The notes beneath the pieces were generated by a model. That model was given only the letters and a program-made list of their open reading frames with translations, had not been told where the DNA came from and did not search any database. Both the position numbers and the translations under genes were made by a program. A stretch of DNA of 64,000 nt, taken from NCBI GenBank assembly GCA_964605525.1, contig CAZSCV010000006.1, positions 434 through 64,433 on the forward strand. The letters run 5' to 3'. Source of the DNA: an uncultured Bdellovibrionales bacterium. Lineage in GTDB: Bacteria > Patescibacteriota > Minisyncoccia > Moranbacterales > UBA9337. Shown in pieces: positions 27,643 through 36,623 of this stretch (the stretch's first letter is position 1; each line of letters starts with the position of its first letter).

Positions 27643-28836
27643 CTAATTACTTTTTGCATTCAAATATCTCACTCCTTCAAATTTTTTACTTTTAATCATA
27701 TCCTCAAAAACACTTTCAATATTTTCTGCAAAAATATCACGCCCACCCAAAGCATAGACATACGACGACACCGAACATGGAATATGAAACATGGAACATG
27801 AATTTACTATTTCAGAATATAAAGGAGAAACGGAACCAAAAGAGATGGCGCGATCCATCACTGCCACATTCTTGGCGTTTTTCAAAATTTCAGCAACCTC
27901 TTTATATGGAAAAGGGCGGAATAATTTTATCTTAAGAAGTCCGACCTTCTTTCCTTGCTCTCGCAACTCGTCTACCACATTTTTGACAGTCCCGGCAGTC
28001 GATCCCATAAGAACAATAATCTGCTCAGCATCTTCAGTTTTGTATTTTTCAAAAATATCATACCTTCTGCCAGAGATATCCGCAAAATCCGCCATAATAT
28101 CTGCGTATTTTTTCGCCGAATCCTTTATTGTATTGCTTTGCTCGATTTTGAATTCGAAATATGAATCCGGCAAACTCACCGGTCCGAAAGTTACCGGATT
28201 ATCCAAATCCAAAAGACTGCGACTTGGCTCAAATTTTCCCACAAATTTTCCCACGATTTCATCCGGAAGTATTTCTAAAATTTCCACACTGTGCGAAGTA
28301 GTAAATCCATCCATAATCACCATTACCGGCACTTCTGCTTTCTCCGCCAATTTCATTCCGATAATCGTGTTGTCATATACTTCTTGCGCATTCTCGGAAA
28401 AAATTTGAATCCATCCGGTGTCCCGCGCTCCCATCACATCGCTATGGTCGCCATGAATATTAATCGGAGCGCCAAGCGCCCGAGCGGAAATAAGCATTAA
28501 AATTGGAAGCCTTGTTCCGCTGGCAATGTACAAAACCTCATTCATCAGTGCCAACCCTTGCGAGCTGGTTGCCGTGATGGTTCGCGCTCCCGACGCGCTT
28601 GCTCCAATCGCCGCGCTCATAGCACTATGTTCCGACTCGACGGTAATAATCTCCGTATCCACCTTTCCATCCGCCTCAAATTTGGCAAATCCTTCAATAA
28701 TCGGAGTTTGCGGAGTAATCGGATATACTGGCGCCACATCAGGATTGATTTGACGCAAAGCCTCAGCAGCCGCCATTCCACCCGTGAGAGCAATTTTTCT
28801 TCTATTTGTCATATTGGTCTTATTCGACATATTCAT
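27643..28836 (-). CDS. porA: Pyruvate:ferredoxin oxidoreductase alpha subunit
   Basis: YPITPQT, VESEHSAMS, ATSSQGL, INIHGDHSD, LGGRD. Start uncertain. Confidence 0.92.
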   Translation of the reverse strand: MNMSNKTNMTNRRKIALTGGMAAAEALRQINPDVAPVYPITPQTPIIEGFAKFEADGKVDTEIITVESEHSAMSAAIGASASGARTITATSSQGLALMNEVLYIASGTRLPILMLISARALGAPINIHGDHSDVMGARDTGWIQIFSENAQEVYDNTIIGMKLAEKAEVPVMVIMDGFTTSHSVEILEILPDEIVGKFVGKFEPSRSLLDLDNPVTFGPVSLPDSYFEFKIEQSNTIKDSAKKYADIMADFADISGRRYDIFEKYKTEDAEQIIVLMGSTAGTVKNVVDELREQGKKVGLLKIKLFRPFPYKEVAEILKNAKNVAVMDRAISFGSVSPLYSEIVNSCSMFHIPCSVSSYVYALGGRDIFAENIESVFEDMIKSKKFEGVRYLNAKSN

Positions 28837-28848
28837 CTTATATGTTTT

Positions 28849-29127
28849 TTATTCTTTCTCCATTTTTATCGCTTTAAACGGACATTCCACCGCGCACACT
28901 CCGCAACCTTTGCAAAAATCCATATCAACATTGGCAAGTTTTTTGAATTTTGAATCATCTCGCCTTTCCCGCAAATTAATCACCGCTTCCGGACAATACT
29001 TAACACAAGTGCCACAACCGGTACACTTGTCCTTGTCCACTTCCGGACGCACATTCCGCCAGTTCCCAGTCTTTGGCGCCTTCGAAAGATCATGCTTTAT
29101 TGTCGCTCCAGCAAGTTTTTTGTTCAT
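28849..29127 (-). CDS. porD: Pyruvate:ferredoxin oxidoreductase delta subunit (2x[4Fe-4S])
   Basis: KTGNWR..RP, CTGCGTCVKYCP, CKGCGVCAVECP. Confidence 0.92.
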   Translation of the reverse strand: MNKKLAGATIKHDLSKAPKTGNWRNVRPEVDKDKCTGCGTCVKYCPEAVINLRERRDDSKFKKLANVDMDFCKGCGVCAVECPFKAIKMEKE

Positions 29128-29191
29128 TTTAGAATTCAAAAATTTAAAATTGTTTAGAAATTAGAAATTGAAAATTAGAAATTACCTATTC

Positions 29192-29764
29192 CTATAGGCT
29201 ATCATACCCTCTTTCAATCGCCAAAATATTCTTTTCTGTCATTTCTTTTCCGATTTTTTCCTCGAATATTTTCCTGAATTCTTCCTTCAAGCTATCCAGT
29301 TTTACTACTCCTACCACCTGGACAATCTTTCCAAGAATAACCGAATTTGAAACCGGTAGTCCCACCGCCTTCATAGCGATATCTGTCGCATCAATAATCT
29401 TCAAATTTCCCTCAAAACCACCCAGTATTTTCAAAATTTCTTCTTTGCTTTTTTTAGTATTAATAATCAAATTTTCATTTCTGGTAATATTTTCCGCCAC
29501 ACCCGCGCTTTCAAGTAATGTATCATCCAGCACCACTGACAAATCCGGATCAACAATCGGTTCATGCGTACGAATTTCCTTGTTTGATATGCGAACATAA
29601 GTTTTTGTCGGCGCTCCGCTTCGCTCAGGTCCAAAATACGGAAAAGCCTGAATATATTTTCCTTCATTCATTGCCGCCTGCGCCAAAATCTCCGCCGCAC
29701 TCTTGGCTCCTTGTCCCGCGCGCGCATGAAAAATTATTTCAAATGTATCTTTTTCCGATTTCAT
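29192..29764 (-). CDS. porC: Pyruvate:ferredoxin oxidoreductase gamma subunit
   Basis: HARAGQGAKSA, QAFPYFGPERSGAP. Confidence 0.92.
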   Translation of the reverse strand: MKSEKDTFEIIFHARAGQGAKSAAEILAQAAMNEGKYIQAFPYFGPERSGAPTKTYVRISNKEIRTHEPIVDPDLSVVLDDTLLESAGVAENITRNENLIINTKKSKEEILKILGGFEGNLKIIDATDIAMKAVGLPVSNSVILGKIVQVVGVVKLDSLKEEFRKIFEEKIGKEMTEKNILAIERGYDSL

Positions 29765-29912
29765 AATTGAATTATATCACAAAAATATGAAAAATAAAAA
29801 AAACCGGCATCTTGAATTTTCAAAACACCGGAATTTGCCGAATAATATCGGCTAATATCGAACAACCACGCAATCTTTTAAATTTGTTACGATTGCAACA
29901 AGATGACAAGAT

Positions 29913-30128
29913 TTAAAAATCCGCATCGCAATCAATAATTTCGATTTTAGAAATCGTATCAACAAACATAGAAAATTCTTTGTTATCTGAAAAAATACGA
30001 CTACCATCATCCGAGACTCGCAACTCACTTGCCGCAAAAGTTTTTCTCAAAAAACCGCGACAAATAGCCAACATGGCTCCGGGATACATTCCATTCTTAA
30101 TTCCTTCCACCTTCTTCTTCACAGTCAT
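29913..30128 (-). CDS. Hypothetical 71-aa protein
   Basis: Strong AAAGGAG SD before ATG. Hairpin near 29800-29832 downstream. Confidence 0.55.
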   Translation of the reverse strand: MTVKKKVEGIKNGMYPGAMLAICRGFLRKTFAASELRVSDDGSRIFSDNKEFSMFVDTISKIEIIDCDADF

Positions 30129-30170
30129 AATATTCTCCTTTCTATCCTTGTTATATGAATTTTACTTTCA

Positions 30171-30326
30171 ACATCCAAAATATAATTTTTATAAAAATTT
30201 TTGGAGGGAACCTTGCAGAATTTACAAACTTATTTGAGGTTTTATTATTGGGAATATATTTCCGCATAAACCATAAAAATCGTGACCTGGTACCGGAAAT
30301 TTTTATAAAAATTATATTTTGGATGT
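30171..30326. repeat. 156-bp element bounded by perfect 30-bp inverted repeats (MITE-like or RNA hairpin)
   Basis: ACATCCAAAATATAATTTTTATAAAAATTT (30171-30200) and its exact reverse complement (30297-30326). Confidence 0.85.
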
Positions 30327-30350
30327 AGTGCTATTATCTTCATAATTTAA

Positions 30351-30382
30351 AAGAACAAAAAAACCGGTCCGAAGACCGGTTT
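30351..30382 (-). terminator. Intrinsic (attenuator) terminator
   Basis: AAACCGGTC-TTCG-GACCGG followed by TTTTTTTGTTCTTTT on -. Confidence 0.85.
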
Positions 30383-30405
30383 GTTTTTATTGAGAAGTCT
30401 TGAAC

Positions 30406-30489
30406 TTATCCGCAAAAACAAATCGACCTTCTTGGTCCGGTAAAGAAGAAAAAGAAAAACCAATTTGTTGTCATTTTTACTGTTTTCAT
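30406..30489 (-). CDS. Phe-rich leader peptide MKTVKMTTNWFFFFFFTGPRRSICFCG
   Basis: Trp + six consecutive Phe codons. Lies between a promoter and a terminator and overlaps an antiterminator arm. Alternative start at 30474. Confidence 0.7.
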   Translation of the reverse strand: MKTVKMTTNWFFFFFFTGPRRSICFCG

Positions 30490-30498
30490 AGCCCCTTA

Positions 30499-30527
30499 AT
30501 CATAAATCATCCCGCAAAAAAGGTCAA
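30499..30527 (-). promoter_or_regulatory. sigma70-like promoter of the leader
   Basis: TTGACC-N17-TATGAT on -. Confidence 0.65.
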
Positions 30528-30535
30528 GGTTACCC

Positions 30536-32101
30536 CTATTTTTCCAAAACATAATATTCCAAGCTATTTTTGTCGGTTATTTTTTTCAAATTCATTTTTC
30601 CAAAACGCGCTGATAATTTTTCAATAATCTCATCCTTTCTATAATCCGTAAAAACAAAAACCTTATTTCCATCGCCGCCGAAATCAAAACCATCCAATTC
30701 AGCCGGATTCAAATCATGAAAATTCAAGCGGTTCCAATTGAAAATCCGCATAACCACCCTCTGCATATTTCCCAAAATTGCATATACTTGTTTATTATCC
30801 GGCAAATCTTCTGCATAATAAGCCAAATCGGTAACATTTTTTTCAAACGCTCTGGCAGTCTGCCCATTATTCGCCCAAAAAACAAAATACTTGGCAACAT
30901 CAAAAACTCCAATAAACAAGAAAAGGACGATAAAAAATCCATAAATAGTTTTCTTTCCGAATTTGAAAAATTTTTCCAAATTTTCCTGCAAAAAAACAGC
31001 AAAAGCGGCAGAAAAAATAAACACCGCCGGCAATGCCCCAATAGAACGCAAAGCATGCGGATTGCCTTCCGCACTCATAAATTCCGGTGCCAGCATGCCA
31101 AAAAACCAAAGCAGTAAAAAAGCGCAGGTAATCAAATTTTCTGATTTTATTTTCCGAAATATCCGCAAAAATAAAAATCGGGAAAAAATCACCATCGTGC
31201 CAATCAACCCGCCCAAAAAAAACACCCCCTCAATAAAATTAAGAATAGGATATGGCGGAAAATTGTCCCGCCAATTCATATCTCCGACAAAATTATACTT
31301 AAGAAGACTCAATCCGAAATTACGAGCAAGAATCCTCCATTGATTTCCTGTATCGAAATGAGAAGAGAAAATCGAAATCTCTCCCGTTCGCGACCAAAAA
31401 TACTCCGGATGGGAGTAGAAAGTAAAAAACATCGGCGCAGAAATTATTACAAAAGAAAAAACAAAAATCAAAATTTGCTTCCAAAATTTTTTCAAAAACT
31501 CATCCATTGAAATAAACAGGAACGGAAAAAGACCCAGAAAAATCAAAGGTGCGGCGCGAAAAGCGATATAACTATGCATTCCCAAGCCAAAAATTGCTCC
31601 AGCAATTGCAAAATGGCTGCTTTTTCGGGATTGGATTCCTGCGAAAAAAAAGTAAAAAGACCAGACTAAAATAAAAGGCAACATGCTTGCGCGAAAAGAA
31701 ATCCGGCTAAAAATAATCGCCCCGAAAGAAATCGTATTTAAAAAACCTGCCAAAATAGCTATCTTTTCATTTTTAAAAAGAATTTTGGCGAGCGAATAAG
31801 TACCAAGAATAGTCAAAGTGCCAAAAATAATCGCTGGCAATCTGAGTGAAAACGCACTAACACCAAAAATTGAAAAACTCAAAGCGATCAAATTTATGAA
31901 AAATCCCTCCCGTCCATCATTATCCGGATAAAACCATTGCCAACCAGCCCCATCCAAAAACCTCAAAGCATCCTGTCCATTTACCGCCTCATCCGGATAT
32001 ATCCCGGGAGGGGCAGTGTTTATCGCATAAACCCGCAAAAACAGTCCCAGTAAGGTCAAGCCTGCCAAAATTATCAAAATGATGTTTTGTTTATTTTTCA
32101 T
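30536..32101 (-). CDS. GT-C glycosyltransferase, ArnT/PMT-like
   Basis: LR......PPG.YPDEA loop after TM1, SLRLP..IFG, ~12 TM. Confidence 0.85.
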   Translation of the reverse strand: MKNKQNIILIILAGLTLLGLFLRVYAINTAPPGIYPDEAVNGQDALRFLDGAGWQWFYPDNDGREGFFINLIALSFSIFGVSAFSLRLPAIIFGTLTILGTYSLAKILFKNEKIAILAGFLNTISFGAIIFSRISFRASMLPFILVWSFYFFFAGIQSRKSSHFAIAGAIFGLGMHSYIAFRAAPLIFLGLFPFLFISMDEFLKKFWKQILIFVFSFVIISAPMFFTFYSHPEYFWSRTGEISIFSSHFDTGNQWRILARNFGLSLLKYNFVGDMNWRDNFPPYPILNFIEGVFFLGGLIGTMVIFSRFLFLRIFRKIKSENLITCAFLLLWFFGMLAPEFMSAEGNPHALRSIGALPAVFIFSAAFAVFLQENLEKFFKFGKKTIYGFFIVLFLFIGVFDVAKYFVFWANNGQTARAFEKNVTDLAYYAEDLPDNKQVYAILGNMQRVVMRIFNWNRLNFHDLNPAELDGFDFGGDGNKVFVFTDYRKDEIIEKLSARFGKMNLKKITDKNSLEYYVLEK

Positions 32102-32212
32102 CTTTTTGTTATAATTCAAATATTAGAAATTATACCATAAACAATGCCATATTATCAAAAAAATGGCTTATTTTTTATATAACGATAAAAACTATAAACT
32201 TTTACCACTCAT

Positions 32213-33649
32213 ATGATAAAAGAAAAAATTTCCATAATTATTCCTTGTTTTAATGAAGAAAAAACAATTTCCAAGAATATTCGAACAATCTATGAATACA
32301 TCAAAGAAAGCTATCGTTTTTTCGAGATAATCGTTTCTAATGACGGATCCACTGACAATACTAGATTTGAATTGGAGAAAATAAAAAAAGAGATTCCGAT
32401 AAAAATAATCTCTACGCCAAAGAATGAAGGCAAAGGTGCTGCAATAAAAAAGGGAGTGTTTGCTTGCGATAACGAAAGCGATGTCATAATGTTTTTAGAT
32501 GCCGATTTAGCTATTCCTATTTTCGAATTGGAAAAATTTCACACCGCGCTTAAAAAACAAAATCTTGATATAGTTATCGCTTCCCGTTTCGTGCCGGGTG
32601 TTAAAGTGCTTGAGCCGGTTTTGCAATACCGAAAAATTATGGAAATAATTTTTCGTTTTTTAAGAGCAATCATTCTTAATGACTGGAAAATACGAGATTC
32701 GCAATGCGGTTTCAAAATATTTAAAAGTTCAACTGCCAAAAAAATATTCCAATTAACCACAATTTCACGTTTCGCTTTTGATTCAGAAGTGATTTATTTG
32801 GCAAAAAAAATGAATTCTTCAATAAAAGAGCTCCCGATTACTTTGTGCAATTCCAAAGAAAGTCACATCCGCATACTTATCGACCCCGTAAATATGTTTT
32901 TTTCACTTTTTAAAATTAGACTCAATGATTTGCAAGGATTATATAAAATTAACACAAAAAATATTAAAAATGAGGTTGTTATTTCAGTTGACGATTTTGG
33001 GGAAAGTTTTGAAAAAAATTCCAAGATTCTGAAACTGGTAAAAAAGGATAGAATTGATCGCGTAGCAGTAATGATAGAAAGGAATTTATCCAAAGAAGAG
33101 ATAGCCTTTCTAAAACAATCCGGCGTTAAAATCGACTTGCATCTAGAGACATTCGAGCGCCAAGAGGTTGAATCACAAAGCGGAGCTTTTCAGCGCGGAA
33201 TAAATTTTGGGATTGATTATTTCTTTCAAAAGAAATACGCATCCTCTGAAATTGAAAAAATGTGGGATGGGCAAATCCGGCATTTTGAAAAAATATTCGG
33301 ACAAAAACCTGATGGACTAAATTCCCACGAACACGTCCACCTCTTTCCATATTTTTTCCAAATAGCTTGTCTTTTGGCGGAAAAACACGAAATTACATAC
33401 ATTAGACTTGGAAAAAAAGGATGCCCTTTTGTTCATAAAATAGTCCGCCATATTCTGCATTTATTTCATTTCAAAAATAAAAAGATTTTGCACAATTTCA
33501 AAAATATCCGCTCTTCGGAATACTTATTAAGTTTGGATTGGATATTGAACAAAAATAATCCGGAAAAATATCTCAAACCGAAAACGGAAATCGTTTGCCA
33601 TCCGAAAAGAAAAAAAGAATATGCTTTTCTTGAAAACATATCCGCATGA
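32213..33649 (+). CDS. Fusion: polyprenyl-phosphate glycosyltransferase (GT2) + YdjC/ChbG-like deacetylase
   Basis: N-terminal IIPCFNEE, NDGSTD, GKGAA, DAD, DSQCGFK, FAFDSE. C-terminal VDDFG, DLHL, NSHEHVH, EIVCHP. Confidence 0.85.
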   Translation: MIKEKISIIIPCFNEEKTISKNIRTIYEYIKESYRFFEIIVSNDGSTDNTRFELEKIKKEIPIKIISTPKNEGKGAAIKKGVFACDNESDVIMFLDADLAIPIFELEKFHTALKKQNLDIVIASRFVPGVKVLEPVLQYRKIMEIIFRFLRAIILNDWKIRDSQCGFKIFKSSTAKKIFQLTTISRFAFDSEVIYLAKKMNSSIKELPITLCNSKESHIRILIDPVNMFFSLFKIRLNDLQGLYKINTKNIKNEVVISVDDFGESFEKNSKILKLVKKDRIDRVAVMIERNLSKEEIAFLKQSGVKIDLHLETFERQEVESQSGAFQRGINFGIDYFFQKKYASSEIEKMWDGQIRHFEKIFGQKPDGLNSHEHVHLFPYFFQIACLLAEKHEITYIRLGKKGCPFVHKIVRHILHLFHFKNKKILHNFKNIRSSEYLLSLDWILNKNNPEKYLKPKTEIVCHPKRKKEYAFLENISA

Positions 33650-33700
33650 AAAAAATTTCCATAAGACACCGGCGTCAAGTCAAATAAATTTACCTAATGA

Positions 33701-33735
33701 AAAACCCCGACCTTCCAAAAGAATCGGGGTTTTTT
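33701..33735. terminator. Bidirectional terminator
   Basis: AAAACCCCGA...TCGGGGTTTT between convergent genes. Confidence 0.8.
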
Positions 33736-33769
33736 AATAGAAGAAAAATCAATTCAATAATGATATAAT

Positions 33770-34858
33770 CTATTTCTCTAATTGTTCATCAATAACCTTC
33801 TTAAGCGCATCAACGGAAGATGCTCCCGGCTGGAATTGATCATTAATAAACAACGCTGGAGTTCCGGAAATTCCAAACTCTTGCGCTTCAGCCACATTAG
33901 CTTGAATTTTTTCTTGATATTTTGAGCTACTCAAACATTGATTAAACTGTCCGACATTAAGACCAACCTGGGCGGCATAGGCTCCAAATTTTGCATTACT
34001 CGCGTCCTTGCTCCAATCCGCCTGATTTGTAAAAAGCTTATCCGCATATTCCAAGAATTTTCCCTGTTCATTGGCGCACTCGGAAGCCATCGCGGCATCC
34101 ATAGCCTTAGGATGAATGGAAGTCAAAGGAAATTGTTTGTAAACAAAAGTAACTTTATCTCCATATTCTTTCAATATTTCATCGACTGATTGCTGAAATT
34201 TCTGGCAATATGGACACTGAAAATCGGAAAATTCAATCAAGGTCACTTTGTTATCCCTTGAACCGATAACAATATCATTTTCTCCTACGGTAGGAAGCTC
34301 TAAATATTTTCCTGCTGGAATCCCAACCTGGGCAGTATCGATAGAATACATCTCCCCTTCTTTTTTGAAAATAGGAGCTGCTTGACTGAAAAGTCCCGTA
34401 TCTTTGATATTCGCATCAAAAACAAACGCTGGAAGAGTTTTAATCTTAAATTTCTCAATCAAATCTTTTCCTTCAGTGGAATCATACACAACAGATGAAG
34501 TGGAAATTGTCGGCAAGGCACTTCGAAGTTGAAGCAAGAAATCATCTGCCTTACAAGCCTCACAGGATTCATCCGTAATAACCTGGACATTAACAATCGG
34601 ATCCTCATACGCCACCCAGGTTTTTCCATTTAAACTGAACACGTCCTTTCCATTAAGAACTCCCTGGGAAATACCCCCTCCTTTAATTAATTGTCCAGCA
34701 TCAACAAAAAGACTTCCAATCAATAGTCCGCCCAGTAAAATAGAGAGTGAAATTAAATTTTTGATTTTCTTTTTTTCATCACCAGGGACTTCCTGTAATT
34801 GACTTTCATCGTTTAAGCTTTCCACCGAAGCTTCGTTTGCAATCTTTTCCTCTTCCAT
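33770..34858 (-). CDS. Membrane-anchored DsbA-family protein with two thioredoxin-like domains
   Basis: CEAC..LPAF, FSDFQCPYC, FPL..IH, GTP. Confidence 0.9.
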   Translation of the reverse strand: MEEEKIANEASVESLNDESQLQEVPGDEKKKIKNLISLSILLGGLLIGSLFVDAGQLIKGGGISQGVLNGKDVFSLNGKTWVAYEDPIVNVQVITDESCEACKADDFLLQLRSALPTISTSSVVYDSTEGKDLIEKFKIKTLPAFVFDANIKDTGLFSQAAPIFKKEGEMYSIDTAQVGIPAGKYLELPTVGENDIVIGSRDNKVTLIEFSDFQCPYCQKFQQSVDEILKEYGDKVTFVYKQFPLTSIHPKAMDAAMASECANEQGKFLEYADKLFTNQADWSKDASNAKFGAYAAQVGLNVGQFNQCLSSSKYQEKIQANVAEAQEFGISGTPALFINDQFQPGASSVDALKKVIDEQLEK

Positions 34859-34888
34859 ATATTTTTATTATTGTTATTTATTTATAAA

Positions 34889-35254
34889 TTATTGTTCATT
34901 CTCTATGCATGAATCTCCCTCGCAATCTTGATTCTGCGATTCATCCACATTTCCAGATTGATCTTGTTGGGCAGATTCGCCTGATTGTTTCATAGCCTCC
35001 TCTTGCTCTTTCCTTTGGGCTTCTTGCTCTGCCATCGCATCCTTTTGAATTTGATTGATATCTATTTCATTCTCAACCGCCGTTACCAGGTAATCATTAA
35101 ACCCGATGGTTATTTTCTTAACAGCTTCCGTTTTTAACATTACTCCAAGTAAAAATCCCAAAATTAAGAAAAGTGCCAATTCAACTTTTCTGTCATTTAA
35201 TTTACCTGCTTTTCTCTTGGGATTAAAATCATTTTTTTCCATTTCTGTTTCCAT
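34889..35254 (-). CDS. Single-TM hypothetical protein
   Basis: TM, KTEAVKKITIGFNDY, acidic/Gln-rich tail. Confidence 0.75.
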   Translation of the reverse strand: METEMEKNDFNPKRKAGKLNDRKVELALFLILGFLLGVMLKTEAVKKITIGFNDYLVTAVENEIDINQIQKDAMAEQEAQRKEQEEAMKQSGESAQQDQSGNVDESQNQDCEGDSCIENEQ

Positions 35255-35350
35255 ATATTTTTTTGAAAAATTAATTTCTTTTTACAAGTATACCAATTGG
35301 GAAAATATCGCGCAATATTGACATATTCCATTTTTATGCCATTTGCGATA

Positions 35351-36604
35351 TCATTCTTTTCTCAAGGCTTCCATTGGACTCAGCTCAGATCCTCTTCGCG
35401 CCGGATACATTCCAAACAAAATTCCCGTCACTAAAGAAAAAATCCCCGCAATCAAAATCGCATCCATTCCAATCTGAAATTCAACTGAATATCCATACTG
35501 TCCAACTACATAAGTTGCCAGCCAAGAAACCAGTAAGCCAAGGACCACTCCGATAATTCCGCCAAATAGAGTCAAGAATATCGATTCGAACAAGAATTGT
35601 TTCAAAATATCCGATTTTTTTGCGCCCACCGCTTTTCTCAGCCCGATTTCCGCCGTCCTCTCCGTTATTGAAACATACATAACATTCATGATTCCCACCC
35701 CTCCGACAATTAACGAAATTGAGGTAAGTGCCAAAAGTAAAATATTTATTATGAGAAAAACCTTATCCAAAATAACCTTAAATTCCTCAATGGAACTAAC
35801 CGCAAAATCATCATCGCTTGGATCGGTAATATCATGCTGATCGCGCATAATCGCAGTCACATCGGAAACAGTCACATCCGTAGCGCTAGCATCTTTAAGT
35901 TTGAAAATTGCAAACTGAATATAATCAATTCCCATTAACTTTTTCTGCAAAGTCTGAATAGGCATATATATCACATCGTCAAAATTAAAAAAACCAACCA
36001 ACCCTCTCTCCTTTAGAACTCCCACGACCCGATAACTTTGATTTTTTATTCTTACCGTTTTTCCAACAGCATCTTCTTCTCCGAAAAAAGTATTTTTTAC
36101 CTCACTTCCCAGGACAACAACCTGTTTTAAATTATCATCATCCTCTTGAGAAAACATCACTCCTGATTCAATTTCCATTTTTTCATCGGAATCCAGCACG
36201 CCCGCAGTTGTTCCGAAAATTATCGCCTGCTTATTTATTCCTTCATAAGAAATGAGTTGTTGACCCATCATTCCGGCATACCAAGACCCGATATTCCCCA
36301 ATTTAGAAATTTCTTCCGCATCTTCAATTTTCAGAGTGGTGATTTGCATTCCACCAGCAATCCCTCCAGCATTTTGAGTCGATGTCTTAGAAACATTCGG
36401 GACTTTCACTTCAACTTCAATAATATCGCTTCCAAAAGCCTCGATTTGACCGACGACAAAATTTTTCAATCCCGCCCCCAATGACAAAACAATAATCACC
36501 GCCGCCACGCCGATCACAATTCCAGTTAAGGATAAAATTGTCCGTCCGATATTTGAATGCAAATTCCTTATTGCCAATCTAATCGAAGTTAAAATTTCTC
36601 GCAT
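35351..36604 (-). CDS. MacB-like ABC transporter permease (stand-alone)
   Basis: GIVIGVAAV, SLIVGGVGIMNVM..SITERT.EIGLRKAVGA, PMEALR. Confidence 0.92.
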   Translation of the reverse strand: MREILTSIRLAIRNLHSNIGRTILSLTGIVIGVAAVIIVLSLGAGLKNFVVGQIEAFGSDIIEVEVKVPNVSKTSTQNAGGIAGGMQITTLKIEDAEEISKLGNIGSWYAGMMGQQLISYEGINKQAIIFGTTAGVLDSDEKMEIESGVMFSQEDDDNLKQVVVLGSEVKNTFFGEEDAVGKTVRIKNQSYRVVGVLKERGLVGFFNFDDVIYMPIQTLQKKLMGIDYIQFAIFKLKDASATDVTVSDVTAIMRDQHDITDPSDDDFAVSSIEEFKVILDKVFLIINILLLALTSISLIVGGVGIMNVMYVSITERTAEIGLRKAVGAKKSDILKQFLFESIFLTLFGGIIGVVLGLLVSWLATYVVGQYGYSVEFQIGMDAILIAGIFSLVTGILFGMYPARRGSELSPMEALRKE

Positions 36605-36623
36605 ATTTATTCAATCTATAAAA

